From an uncultured Bacteroidaceae bacterium (GTDB lineage Bacteria; Bacillota; Clostridia; Christensenellales; CAG-917): 64,000 bases of DNA. The DNA lies in assembly GCA_964604875.1 (NCBI GenBank), contig CAZSAC010000002.1, positions 2,813 through 66,812 on the forward strand, written 5' to 3'. Below, one piece after another: positions 19,352-28,748 of the stretch. The first letter of the stretch is position 1; the number at the start of each line of letters is the position of its first letter. The notes below the pieces were generated by a model. That model saw only the letters and a list, made by a program, of their open reading frames with translations, ran no database searches and was not told the origin of the DNA. The position numbers and the translations under genes are program-made.

Positions 19352-20845
19352 CTATACTTTTAGGATTTCATTTATGGCAACCGTGATATATCCAAAACGA
19401 TGAGCGGTTAGCATTGAATAATCATTTAGTTCGTCTTCAAGGCTAAGCTCGGCTGCTCGTCCTGCAATATACGCTCCTGCAACTGCGGAGTCGAACAAGC
19501 CTAGTCCCCTTGCCATAAGTCCGTTTGTTATGCCGTCTAATAAATCACCGCTTCCACCCTTTGCCATACCCGACGTGCCCCTTGTGTTGATACAAGCTTT
19601 ATCTCCGTCAGTTATAATTGATGCAACGCCTTTTAAAACCAATATCACGTTATATTGTTTTGCAAAGTCCCTTGCAAGCTCAATCGGATTTTCTAATATT
19701 TCTTGAACCGACTTTTTGCAAAGTCTGGAAAACTCTTTTGGGTGTGGTGTTAAAACAACCCTTCCGATTTGATTTTTCAATATATTTATGTCCAATAAAT
19801 TTAATCCGTCTGCGTCAATCAGCACTTTAGCATTGGTTTTTTTAAGGATAAAATCTAATATTTTATTAAATGAGCTACACTTTCCTAAGCCCATACCTAT
19901 GGCGATTGCCGACATATCTAAAAGTTTTTCAAGTGTTTCCTCACAATATTCAATCACTCCGTTTGGGGACGGAAACGTATACACAATATTGTTTACAACT
20001 CGCTTTGACAACGCAGAATATATTACCTCGGGGATTGCAAGATATGATAAACCGCTTCCGACCTGCAAGCAAAAATCACCCATAGCAGCAAACCAGGGCG
20101 CGCCGATATAATTTTTCGAGCCTCCGATTATTGCCGATTTGCCAAACGTCCCCTTATGAACGTTTCGTTTAAGCGGAGCAAAAAACTGTTTAAAATCGGA
20201 CGTCTCCGAAAGGAATATTTCTGAGGGCAACATTTCTATTCCGATGTCCGCTACAAGAACTTTTCCGCAATAATCCATTCCGTCGTTTAAAAAATGCCCG
20301 CACTTATAAGATTGAAAAGTGATTGTTGCATCTGCCTCTACGGCAACATTCATCACTAAGCCATTGTCTGAGTTTATCCCGCTGGGAATATCGCACGCTA
20401 TTACGTATGCGTTTGTATTATTTATTTTTTGGATAACCTCGGCAAGCTCGCCCGTTATATTTTTAGATAATCCCGTGCCAAATATAGCGTCAATTATGAC
20501 TTCCGCGTCACTTAAAAGTTCGTCTGAATATATATCGATTTTCCCGCCCTTTTTTACAAATTCGTCAGCGAAAAATCGCGCGTCTTCACTGCATTTTTCG
20601 TCAATACGTAAAACGGTTGCAAAGCAACCCAAATCATATAGCAACGACGCAATACAATATCCGTCGCCACCGTTGTTGCCTTTCCCGCAAACTATGGCTG
20701 TTTTTTTGCCTAAAAGGTTTTCCGACTTTATAAAATCTACCACCGCTAGGGCGGCATTTTTCATCAAATGTTTTGAAGAAACTCCGCATTCGATTGTTTT
20801 GGCGTCGCTTTTTCTTGCAATTTCAGTTGTTGCGATAACTTTCAT
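19352..20845 (-). CDS. nnr: Bifunctional NAD(P)H-hydrate epimerase / ADP-dependent dehydratase
   Basis: 497 aa. YjeF N-terminal domain (GKGNNGGDG) plus a carbohydrate-kinase-like C-terminal domain (GGSGDLL). Confidence 0.88.
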   Translation of the reverse strand: MKVIATTEIARKSDAKTIECGVSSKHLMKNAALAVVDFIKSENLLGKKTAIVCGKGNNGGDGYCIASLLYDLGCFATVLRIDEKCSEDARFFADEFVKKGGKIDIYSDELLSDAEVIIDAIFGTGLSKNITGELAEVIQKINNTNAYVIACDIPSGINSDNGLVMNVAVEADATITFQSYKCGHFLNDGMDYCGKVLVADIGIEMLPSEIFLSETSDFKQFFAPLKRNVHKGTFGKSAIIGGSKNYIGAPWFAAMGDFCLQVGSGLSYLAIPEVIYSALSKRVVNNIVYTFPSPNGVIEYCEETLEKLLDMSAIAIGMGLGKCSSFNKILDFILKKTNAKVLIDADGLNLLDINILKNQIGRVVLTPHPKEFSRLCKKSVQEILENPIELARDFAKQYNVILVLKGVASIITDGDKACINTRGTSGMAKGGSGDLLDGITNGLMARGLGLFDSAVAGAYIAGRAAELSLEDELNDYSMLTAHRFGYITVAINEILKV

Positions 20846-21471
20846 ATTTCACCGTTTTCAAAATCAAGCTCAGACATTGCGCTTTTGATTGTTTCCGATT
20901 CAAAGCCCCTTATGGCAAGAAAATTCCAAACCTTCTCTTTTAGGTTGCAAACTTTTTTCTTTTCCTTTTCCAAATATTTTGAAGCAAGGCTGACCGCCTT
21001 ATCTAGCTCCGCCTCGTCCGAAATTTTGTTATAAACCAATTCTTCAACCAAATTTTTAGAGATGCCCTTTTGAGTGGTTAAATCAAAAATCAGTTTTCTG
21101 CGTCCGTATCGTTCACCCTTGAAGCTCAAAAAAGACTCCACATATTTTTCGTCGCCCAAATAATTATAACCCAATAGCTTTTCGATAGTTATTTCTATGG
21201 CTTTTGAGGAAAACTTTTTCTGCTTTAGGCTGTCTCTTATTTCATTTTGAGACTTAATAGAGCGCGATATGCTGTCAATTGCAGTTGTAAACGCGATATG
21301 CTGCTCGCCCTCGTCGGCAATTTTTTTGATTTCCTGCGAGGTATAATTTCCACCGTCAACCAAGCCGTATTCCTTTACGGTTGCATTGAATATAAGTATA
21401 ACCTCTCCGTCGTCCATAACAATGGCGGAACGTTTTTTCTCGTTTTTTATTTGTTGAATTTCCAAAATCAT
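20842..21471 (-). CDS. recX: Regulatory protein RecX
   Basis: 209 aa. Repeated three-helix modules (LGYNYLGDEKYVESFL..., GISKNLVEELV...). ATGA overlap with nnr. Confidence 0.7.
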   Translation of the reverse strand: MILEIQQIKNEKKRSAIVMDDGEVILIFNATVKEYGLVDGGNYTSQEIKKIADEGEQHIAFTTAIDSISRSIKSQNEIRDSLKQKKFSSKAIEITIEKLLGYNYLGDEKYVESFLSFKGERYGRRKLIFDLTTQKGISKNLVEELVYNKISDEAELDKAVSLASKYLEKEKKKVCNLKEKVWNFLAIRGFESETIKSAMSELDFENGEI

Positions 21472-21483
21472 TTTATTTTGCGT

Positions 21484-21510
21484 AAAAATCGCCCGCTAAA
21501 AAGCGGGCGA
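21484..21510 (-). terminator. Intrinsic terminator after ilvE
   Basis: Stem tcgcccgc/gcgggcga (21489-21496 and 21503-21510), followed by a T-run on the minus strand. Confidence 0.7.
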
Positions 21511-21515
21511 TATAA

Positions 21516-22571
21516 TTAGTTTATCTTAACAATCCAGCCAAATTCATCGGCTTCTTTGCCATATTGGATACCCGTCAGCTTGTCGTAAAGCCATTTGGTT
21601 ATATCGCCCATTTTTTGATTGTTTATGGTCATAACCTTGTCTTTATACCCTATTACGCCAACAGGAGATATAACGGCGGCTGTGCCCGTGCCGAACGCCT
21701 CGTCTAAAACGCCGTTATCATAGGCAGTTTCAATTTCGTCAATAGAAACCATACGTTCTTCCACGGTATAACCCGCTTTTTTCAAAACGTTGATTGCGCT
21801 ATCACGAGTGATACCGGGCAAAATCGTGCCGTCAAGCTTTGGCGTTACAACTTTTTTATCAATCACAAAAAACATATTCATCGCGCCAACCTCGCCGACA
21901 TATTTTCTTTCGGCAGCGTCCATCCATAAAACTTGGTCATAGCCTTTTGTTTTGGCAACCTCAGCCGCCATCAAGCTTGACGCATAGTTTCCACCGCATT
22001 TTGCCTCGCCCGTACCGCCGATAGCCGCGCGGTTAAAAATATCCTCAACATAGATTTTTGTTGGTTGTAGCCCGTTTGCATAATAGCTTCCAACGGGGCT
22101 TAGAATAACATAGAAAATATACTTTTTGCTGGGATGAACACCCAAAAACTCCTCATTGCCGATTAATGTCGGGCGGATATATAAACTTGTGCCGGCAGAC
22201 GTGGGAATCCAGTCTTTTTCAATGCGGATAAGCTCAAACAAGCCTTCCAAAACCTCGTCGATAGGAAGCTCTGCCATACAAAGGCGTTTTGCGCTGCGGT
22301 TCATACGCAAAAAATTATCTTTGGGACGGAACATCGTAATTTTGCCTGAAGCGTCTTTATAGGCTTTCAATCCCTCAAAAATTTCCTGCCCGTAATGGAA
22401 CACCACGCTTGCAGGGTCTAACGCCAAGGAGGAATATGGTTTAATTTCAACCTCGCTCCATTTGCCGTTGGCGTATTCCATATAAAGCATATGGTCGGTA
22501 AAATATTTACCGAAGCCCAGTTTAGAAAAATCGGGTTTTTGTTTCAAAGTTTTTGCTAAAGTAATTTTCAT
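21516..22571 (-). CDS. ilvE: Branched-chain amino acid aminotransferase
   Basis: 351 aa. Fold-type IV aminotransferase pattern (GEAKCGGNYASSL, GITRDS). Confidence 0.9.
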   Translation of the reverse strand: MKITLAKTLKQKPDFSKLGFGKYFTDHMLYMEYANGKWSEVEIKPYSSLALDPASVVFHYGQEIFEGLKAYKDASGKITMFRPKDNFLRMNRSAKRLCMAELPIDEVLEGLFELIRIEKDWIPTSAGTSLYIRPTLIGNEEFLGVHPSKKYIFYVILSPVGSYYANGLQPTKIYVEDIFNRAAIGGTGEAKCGGNYASSLMAAEVAKTKGYDQVLWMDAAERKYVGEVGAMNMFFVIDKKVVTPKLDGTILPGITRDSAINVLKKAGYTVEERMVSIDEIETAYDNGVLDEAFGTGTAAVISPVGVIGYKDKVMTINNQKMGDITKWLYDKLTGIQYGKEADEFGWIVKIN

Positions 22572-22592
22572 TTTGCACCTCGATTTGTTATA

Positions 22593-23216
22593 TCAAAATT
22601 TTATATATTTTAGTTCAACGGTTTTTATTAAAACCTTTCCGGCGGCGACGTCGTGCATGCGTGTTAAAAAAAGTGGAGCGTCTGTTTCGGGTACGGCAAA
22701 GCTAATTTTAACATTTTCCGCAAATGTCGAGCCTATGATGCTGTATCCGCTGTCTTGTATAAGTTGCTGCAATGCGCCGAAAAGCGAATAATCACATTCA
22801 GCCTCCATAACCTCGCAAAACTTATAGGTTGCGGTTGTTGCTATGTCCAAGCAATCGGCAACCGACCTCGTGTACGCCGATACCAAACCGCCGGCGCCCA
22901 ACTTAACCCCTCCGAAAAAACGTGTTACCACAACCACGATATTTGTTAAACGTTTTTTTCTAAGCACCTCCAGCATAGGCTGTCCCGCTGTGCCCTGAGG
23001 CTCTCCGTCGTCGGAAAATTTCATTTCCGAGCCTAGCGGATTGCAAATATAGGCATAGCAGTTGTGCGTGGCAAAAGGATTATCCTTTTTAACCTTGTCA
23101 ATAAATACTTGCGCCTCGTCTGCGCTGTCAACTGCCGACACATAAGCTATAAAACGACTGCGTTCAATAACGATTTCGTTTTCATAGCTTCCGTCAATGG
23201 ATAAATAATCTTTCAT
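22593..23216 (-). CDS. yigZ: YigZ/IMPACT-family protein (UPF0029)
   Basis: 207 aa. ERSRFIAYV....HNCYAY....DDGEPQGTAG is the family signature. Confidence 0.8.
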   Translation of the reverse strand: MKDYLSIDGSYENEIVIERSRFIAYVSAVDSADEAQVFIDKVKKDNPFATHNCYAYICNPLGSEMKFSDDGEPQGTAGQPMLEVLRKKRLTNIVVVVTRFFGGVKLGAGGLVSAYTRSVADCLDIATTATYKFCEVMEAECDYSLFGALQQLIQDSGYSIIGSTFAENVKISFAVPETDAPLFLTRMHDVAAGKVLIKTVELKYIKF

Positions 23217-23240
23217 ATTCCCCCCAAAAAAGATGTTTAT

Positions 23241-24446
23241 CTATTCTATTGTCACCTTAAAGTGTATTTTCTTTCCCTTGTGGATAATAAACCCTTCTTC
23301 CGCTTGCGCTGATGTTATCTCGGCGGAGATGTCTTCAATCTTTTCGTCGCCGATACGGATTCCGCCGCCTTCAATCAATCGGCGCGCGTCGCTCTTACTT
23401 GGCGATATTCCGATTGCTGTTAAAATGTCAATCACTTTCGTGACGCCTTTTGCAAGAGTTTTTTCGGGCATATCCTCTCCGTCTCCGAACGCGCCTTTGG
23501 CTTTGTTTCTGGCTTCAACAGCATCGGCTTCGGAGTGAACCATCTTTGTAACCTCAAACGCAAGCCTTTCTTTTGCAACGTTAATGCGCTCGTCCTTAAA
23601 TTGGCAAAGCTCTGCAATTTCTTCCAAACTGACATACGTCAAAAGCTTTAAACACTTTTCCACGTCGTCATCGGCAATATTTCTCCAATATTGATAAAAT
23701 TCATAAGGTGAGGTTTTGTCTGGGTCAAGCCACACCGCGCCTTTTTGCGTTTTGCCCATTTTCTTTCCCTCGGAAGTTGTCAATAACGCAAAAGTCATTG
23801 CAAAAGCGGACTTGCCCTCTTTTCTGCGGATTAAATCCGCGCCTGCCAAAATATTGGACCATTGGTCATCGCCGCCACACTCTAACAGACAATTATATTT
23901 GCGGTTTAAAACCAAAAAGTCGTACGCTTGCATAAGCATATAGTTGAACTCTAAAAAGGTTAAGCCCTTTTCTAGGCGTTGCTTATAACACTCGGCAGTC
24001 AGCATTCTGTTGACTGAAAAGTTTGAGCCGATTTCCCTTAAAAAATCGATATAGTTCAAGTCCAAAAGCCATTCTGCGTTGTTTACCATAATGGCTGCGT
24101 TTTCACCCTCAAATGACAAAAACTTGCTCATTTGCTTTTTAAAGCAATCACAGTTATGTTGCACGGTTTCGGGCGTCATAACCATACGCAAATCAGACCT
24201 GCCTGAAGGGTCGCCTATCATACCCGTACCGCCACCAATTAAGATAATCGGTTTGTGCCCTGCCTTTTGCATCCAACTCATAACGACAAGTTGAAGAAAA
24301 TGTCCTACGTGCAGGCTGTCTGCAGTCGGGTCAAAGCCAATATAAAACGGAACGCTTTCAGTGGAAAGTTTCTCATAAAGTTCGTCCTCATAGACAGTCT
24401 GTTTAACAAAGCCTCTCGCTTTAAGTGTATCCAAAATATTAGGCAT
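23241..24446 (-). CDS. tyrS: Tyrosine--tRNA ligase
   Basis: [14 protein letters not shown] (HIGH), KMGKT (KMSKS-like), and an S4-like C-terminus. The start is trimmed to ATG 24446 ([13 protein letters not shown]). It overlaps the upstream aminotransferase stop by 8 nt (ATGCCTAA). Confidence 0.93.
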   Translation of the reverse strand: MPNILDTLKARGFVKQTVYEDELYEKLSTESVPFYIGFDPTADSLHVGHFLQLVVMSWMQKAGHKPIILIGGGTGMIGDPSGRSDLRMVMTPETVQHNCDCFKKQMSKFLSFEGENAAIMVNNAEWLLDLNYIDFLREIGSNFSVNRMLTAECYKQRLEKGLTFLEFNYMLMQAYDFLVLNRKYNCLLECGGDDQWSNILAGADLIRRKEGKSAFAMTFALLTTSEGKKMGKTQKGAVWLDPDKTSPYEFYQYWRNIADDDVEKCLKLLTYVSLEEIAELCQFKDERINVAKERLAFEVTKMVHSEADAVEARNKAKGAFGDGEDMPEKTLAKGVTKVIDILTAIGISPSKSDARRLIEGGGIRIGDEKIEDISAEITSAQAEEGFIIHKGKKIHFKVTIE

Positions 24447-25638
24447 TTTTTTCCTCCAGTAAAGTTGTAAAATATTTCCCCAACGCTTGAACGCCTTTTT
24501 CAATTTGGGCAATCGTCGCATTGGAATAGTTTAATCTAAAAGTATTAAAGGTCTTGCCGTCCGCAAAGAACGAGCTTCCCGGGACGTAGGCGCATTTTGT
24601 CTTTTCGACAACGTCGGCAAAAATAGTATCTGTGTTTATAGAAGCGTCTTCAAACTCGGCAAAGATAAACAATCCGCCCTCTGGGTTGGTGAATTTTATG
24701 CCTTTGGGCATATATTTTTGGAGCGAATTATACATAGCGTCTTTTTTCGCCTTGTACATCAAAATAAGCTCCTTAATATGTGGCTCCAACAAGCCCTTAT
24801 CTATATATTTATCAATTATCGCCTGCGAAAGATTAGACGTATGGACGTCCGCCGCTTGCTTTCCTATGGTCAATTTGCGGATAATTTCGGCGCTACCGAC
24901 AGCAATCCCCGTGCGAAGCCCCGGCGCGATAATCTTGGAAAAACTTGTCAAATATATCACTCTGCCAGCTTTATCAAAGCTTTTTATGCTTGGCAATTTT
25001 TCCCCGTCAAAACGGATTTCACCATATGGATCGTCTTCTAAAATGATAAAATTATATTTTTCGGCAAGCTCTAAAAGCTTTTTCCGTCTGTCAAGTGACA
25101 GCGTCTTTCCCGTGGGGTTGGAAAAATTGGGCACCACATAAACGATTTTGGGCGAATACTTTTTAACTTTTTCTTCTAAATCCGAAATAATCAAGCCGTT
25201 TTCATCAGCGTCAACCCCGTATGCCTCAGCTTCATAGGTTTTTAAAATATGCAAAGCCGCCAAATAGGTAGGATTTTCAACCAAAATTTTATCGCCCTTG
25301 TTTAAAAACGCTTTAAAGGTTAAATCAATCCCCTGCTGTCCGCCAGAAATAATAAGAACTTCATTATCGTTGGCGATAATACCGTTTCTTGCGATAAAAG
25401 CCCGCGCAGATTTTATAAGAGGTTTATAGCCTTCGGTTGCGCCGTATTGCAAAATATCGCCTGCGCTTGCCGACGATAAAAGCTCTGCGCTGATTTTTTG
25501 TAAATCCTCTTTGGGGATACCATCTTTTGCGGGAAAGCCTCCTGCAAAAGATATGATTTCGGGGTTATCCAAAAGCTTAAAAATTTCCCTTATGGCGTTA
25601 CCCTTTAAATCCTTAATTCTATCACTAAACTCAATCAT
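24439..25638 (-). CDS. PLP-dependent aminotransferase, class I/II (aromatic/2-aminoadipate aminotransferase-like)
   Basis: [13 protein letters not shown] is the PLP-lysine motif. The start is trimmed to ATG 25638 (MIEFSDRIK) after a GAGAGG ribosome-binding site. Confidence 0.85.
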   Translation of the reverse strand: MIEFSDRIKDLKGNAIREIFKLLDNPEIISFAGGFPAKDGIPKEDLQKISAELLSSASAGDILQYGATEGYKPLIKSARAFIARNGIIANDNEVLIISGGQQGIDLTFKAFLNKGDKILVENPTYLAALHILKTYEAEAYGVDADENGLIISDLEEKVKKYSPKIVYVVPNFSNPTGKTLSLDRRKKLLELAEKYNFIILEDDPYGEIRFDGEKLPSIKSFDKAGRVIYLTSFSKIIAPGLRTGIAVGSAEIIRKLTIGKQAADVHTSNLSQAIIDKYIDKGLLEPHIKELILMYKAKKDAMYNSLQKYMPKGIKFTNPEGGLFIFAEFEDASINTDTIFADVVEKTKCAYVPGSSFFADGKTFNTFRLNYSNATIAQIEKGVQALGKYFTTLLEEKNA

Positions 25639-25682
25639 AAAACCTCTCAGCCACATTATTTTCGCTATATAAAATTTGATAT

Positions 25683-25711
25683 ATTATACCATTATTGGCA
25701 CTAAGTTGCAA
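25683..25711 (-). promoter_or_regulatory. Sigma-A-type promoter of the aminotransferase-tyrS-yigZ-ilvE cluster
   Basis: Minus strand: TTGCAA (25711-25706), 17-nt spacer, TGgTATAAT extended -10 (25688-25683). It leaves a leader of only about 35 nt. Confidence 0.55.
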
Positions 25712-25848
25712 ACCTTTCAACCAAAGTTTTGGCAATAATATTTTATATATAAGGAAATAATTTAGATATTATTGCTTTTATTTTTTCAATTTATGTGGTA
25801 TACTTATGGCGGTTAAAAAAATAACAAAGTTTTTGGAGGTATAAACTT

Positions 25849-26541
25849 ATGCAATATTCGGTCGAAGTCGAAAAAATGTGTTGCGTAAAGAAAGGTCCTA
25901 ACCACGGTCCCGCTCCTATCCCCGAGGAAGGCAAGTGGGTTCAAGCCCGTGAAATAAAGGATATCAGCGGTCTTACTCACGGCATCGGTTGGTGCGCTCC
26001 CCAACAAGGCGCGTGCAAGCTCACCTTAAACGTAAAAAACGGCATTATTGAGGAAGCGTTGGTTGAAACTCTCGGTTGTAGCGGTATGACTCACTCTGCG
26101 GCTATGGCGGCTGAAATTTTGACCGGAAAAACCATTTTGGAAGCGTTAAATACCGACCTCGTTTGCGACGCAATCAACACGGCTATGCGTGAATTATTTT
26201 TGCAAATCGTTTACGGCAGAACACAATCAGCTTTTTCCGAAGACGGTTTGACAATCGGCGCAGGACTTGAGGATTTAGGCAAAGGCTTACGCAGTCAAAT
26301 CGGCACGATGTATTCCACAAATAAAAAAGGTACGAGATATTTGGAAATGGCTGAAGGCTATGTTACTCGTATCGGGCTTGACAAAGACGGCGAAATTATC
26401 GGATATGAGTTTGTTCACCTTGGAAAAATGATGGACGAAATCAAAAAAGGTATGTCTGCTGACGACGCTTTGAAAAAATGTACCGGTTCTTACGGCAGAT
26501 TTGCTACCGCCGTTAAGTTTATCGACCCTCGTAAAGAGTAA
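25849..26541 (+). CDS. NifU/IscU-like N-terminal-domain protein, partner of the GGGtGRT protein
   Basis: 230 aa. Cys-containing segments GWCAPQQGACKL and LGCSGMTHSAAMA resemble the IscU/NifU scaffold fold. GGAGGT ribosome-binding site. Confidence 0.6.
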   Translation: MQYSVEVEKMCCVKKGPNHGPAPIPEEGKWVQAREIKDISGLTHGIGWCAPQQGACKLTLNVKNGIIEEALVETLGCSGMTHSAAMAAEILTGKTILEALNTDLVCDAINTAMRELFLQIVYGRTQSAFSEDGLTIGAGLEDLGKGLRSQIGTMYSTNKKGTRYLEMAEGYVTRIGLDKDGEIIGYEFVHLGKMMDEIKKGMSADDALKKCTGSYGRFATAVKFIDPRKE

Positions 26542-26555
26542 TTGGAGGCGCTATT

Positions 26556-27554
26556 ATGATTAAATTTGAAGGTTATGAAAGACGTATTGACAAAATTACC
26601 GCCTGCCTAAAAGAGTATGGCATATCTTCCCTTGAAGACGCTCAAGCTATCTGCCTAAATAAAGGCATAAACTGCGACGAATTAGTTCGCTCTATACAGC
26701 CTATCGCTTTTGAAAACGCCGTTTGGGCATACACCGTCGGGTGCGCAATAGCAATCAAAAAAGGTTGCAAGAAAGCCGCAGACGCCGCAGAGGCTATCGG
26801 TATCGGCTTACAATCTTTTTGCATTCCCGGTTCTGTTGCCGAGCAACGCTTAGTCGGCTTAGGTCACGGAAATCTTGCCGCTATGCTTTTGCGTGAAGAA
26901 ACAAAATGCTTTGCATTCTTGGCTGGTCACGAAAGCTTTGCCGCAGCAGAAGGCGCAATCGGCATCGCAAGAAGCGCAAACAAAGTCAGAAAAGAGCCTT
27001 TACAGGTTATCTTAAACGGTCTTGGAAAAGACGCGGCGTATATTATCAGCCGTATAAACGGTTTCACCTATGTTCAAACAAAATATAACTATTATTCGGG
27101 CGAGCTTGAAATCGTAAAAACCACGCCATACAGCGACGGTGAACGCGCTAAGGTTCGTTGCTACGGCGCAGACGACGTAAATGAAGGCGTTGCAATTATG
27201 CGGTACGAGAAGGTTGACGTTTCCATAACGGGAAACAGCACTAACCCCACCCGTTTCCAACATCCTGTTGCAGGCACCTATAAAAAATGGACTGTCGACA
27301 ACGGCAAAAAATATTTCTCAGTCGCCTCGGGCGGTGGCACAGGTCGTACGCTTCACCCCGACAATATGGCGGCAGGTCCCGCTTCCTACGGCTTGACGGA
27401 CACCATGGGCAGAATGCACAGCGACGCGCAATTTGCTGGCTCGTCCTCTGTCCCCGCGCACGTTGAAATGATGGGGCTTATCGGTATGGGCAACAACCCG
27501 ATGGTAGGCGCGTCGGTTGCTTGCGCAGTTGCCGTTGAAGAAGCTCAAAAGTAA
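26556..27554 (+). CDS. GGGtGRT-family protein (uncharacterised conserved family)
   Basis: 332 aa. Contains the eponymous motif VASGGGTGRTLHPDNMAAGPASYG. GGAGG ribosome-binding site 14 nt after the upstream stop. Confidence 0.85.
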   Translation: MIKFEGYERRIDKITACLKEYGISSLEDAQAICLNKGINCDELVRSIQPIAFENAVWAYTVGCAIAIKKGCKKAADAAEAIGIGLQSFCIPGSVAEQRLVGLGHGNLAAMLLREETKCFAFLAGHESFAAAEGAIGIARSANKVRKEPLQVILNGLGKDAAYIISRINGFTYVQTKYNYYSGELEIVKTTPYSDGERAKVRCYGADDVNEGVAIMRYEKVDVSITGNSTNPTRFQHPVAGTYKKWTVDNGKKYFSVASGGGTGRTLHPDNMAAGPASYGLTDTMGRMHSDAQFAGSSSVPAHVEMMGLIGMGNNPMVGASVACAVAVEEAQK

Positions 27555-27592
27555 CAAAAACACCCTATTTTAGGGCATTTTTAGAATGTATC

Positions 27593-27628
27593 AGGCGTTT
27601 GACCTTTTGGTTGAACGCCTATTTTTTT
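27593..27628 (+). terminator. Intrinsic terminator after the GGGtGRT operon
   Basis: Arms aggcgtt/aacgcct (27593-27599 and 27614-27620) followed by T7. Confidence 0.55.
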
Positions 27629-27747
27629 GGTTTGCCACACAATAGCCATACATTTTAGCAATTTGTGTGGCGGAGACTATTTTTTTGTCTTTATTATATA
27701 TTGTTTCAATTATCTCTGAAAGCCGTTATTATTTGGCGTTTTTCATT

Positions 27748-27778
27748 TAAAAAAGCAACCTTTTTGAGGTTGCTTTTG
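27748..27778. terminator. Bidirectional terminator (serves recR)
   Basis: 8-bp stem agcaacct/aggttgct (27754-27761 and 27767-27774), flanked by A- and T-runs. Confidence 0.65.
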
Positions 27779-27808
27779 GTTTTATTTGTTTATTTGGTTT
27801 TATTTAGT

Positions 27809-28393
27809 TTAAAGTTCAATCCTCGTGCGCAAGGCGGTGGATAAGGTCATTTCGTCCGCATATTCAATAACACTGCCCTCCGGAAGCCCTCTTGCAATCC
27901 TCGTAACCTTTATCCCCAACGGCTTAATAAGCTTGGCGATATATAACGCTGTCGCCTCACCCTCTACGTCGGGATTTGTTGCAACAATAACCTCTTTCAC
28001 GCCGTCAAGCCTAGCCAACAATCCTTTAATATTGATGTCATCGGGACCAATCCTTTCTATCGGGCTGATAACCCCGTGCAATACGTGATAGACGCCGTTA
28101 TAATCCTTGACTTTTTCCATTGCGGTGATATCTCGAGGCTCTTTTACAACGCAGATGATTGATTTATCCCTAGAGGAACAAATTTCGCAAATATCGCTAT
28201 CGGTATAATTTCCGCAGATTTTACAAAACCTTACGGTGCGTTTGACTTCTTTTAACGCATCAATAAGCCCTTCAACGTCCTTGTCGGAACGAGTCAATAT
28301 CGAATAGGCATAGCGCGCTGCCGTTTTTTCGCCCACCCCGTCAAATTTTGTAAACTCGGATATCAACCGAGCAAGGGGTTCAATATATTTCAT
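27809..28393 (-). CDS. recR: Recombination protein RecR
   Basis: 194 aa. HhH N-terminus, C4 zinc finger (CKICGNYTDSDICEICS), Toprim domain. Confidence 0.92.
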   Translation of the reverse strand: MKYIEPLARLISEFTKFDGVGEKTAARYAYSILTRSDKDVEGLIDALKEVKRTVRFCKICGNYTDSDICEICSSRDKSIICVVKEPRDITAMEKVKDYNGVYHVLHGVISPIERIGPDDINIKGLLARLDGVKEVIVATNPDVEGEATALYIAKLIKPLGIKVTRIARGLPEGSVIEYADEMTLSTALRTRIEL

Positions 28394-28725
28394 TAAAATA
28401 GACCGCCCATTTGACCTGCCATAGGCCCTAAAAGCTCCTGCGAGAGCTCGTCAACTTTGGATATTGCTTCATTAAATGCGGCCATAATTAAATCCTCCAG
28501 CATTTCAACGTCACTGGGGTCAACAGCCTCAGGCTTAATTTTTATGGCTGAAACGGTTTTATTTCCGAGCATAGTAATTTCAACCATTCCGCCCGCCGCG
28601 CTGCCTATAACTTCTGTAGAAGCCAAATCCTCCTGCGCTTTTTGCATATCAGCTTGCATCTTTTGCGCTTGCTTAAAAAGCTGTTGCATATTTCCGCCGC
28701 CGAAGCCTCCAAAATTTTTTCCCAT
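28393..28725 (-). CDS. ybaB: Nucleoid-associated protein YbaB/EbfC
   Basis: 110 aa. MQQLFKQAQKMQADMQKAQEDL... is typical of the family. Conserved dnaX-ybaB-recR order. Confidence 0.9.
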   Translation of the reverse strand: MGKNFGGFGGGNMQQLFKQAQKMQADMQKAQEDLASTEVIGSAAGGMVEITMLGNKTVSAIKIKPEAVDPSDVEMLEDLIMAAFNEAISKVDELSQELLGPMAGQMGGLF

Positions 28726-28748
28726 AGTCTACCTCCGATTTTATGTCT

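Noticed and set aside
25639-25848. Looked for a T-box leader upstream of the aminotransferase-tyrS cluster, and upstream of valS at 14679-15546.
   Set aside because: The predicted promoter leaves only about 35 nt of leader. No specifier-loop or T-box (AGGGUGGNACCGCG-like) sequence is visible.
27634-27671. 9-bp inverted repeat gccacacaa/ttgtgtggc with a 20-nt loop, in the 254-bp spacer between the GGGtGRT operon and recR.
   Set aside because: It lies between two clearer terminators in a convergent gap. It is most simply an additional or back-up terminator hairpin (T7 follows 9 nt later). Nothing suggests an sRNA gene.
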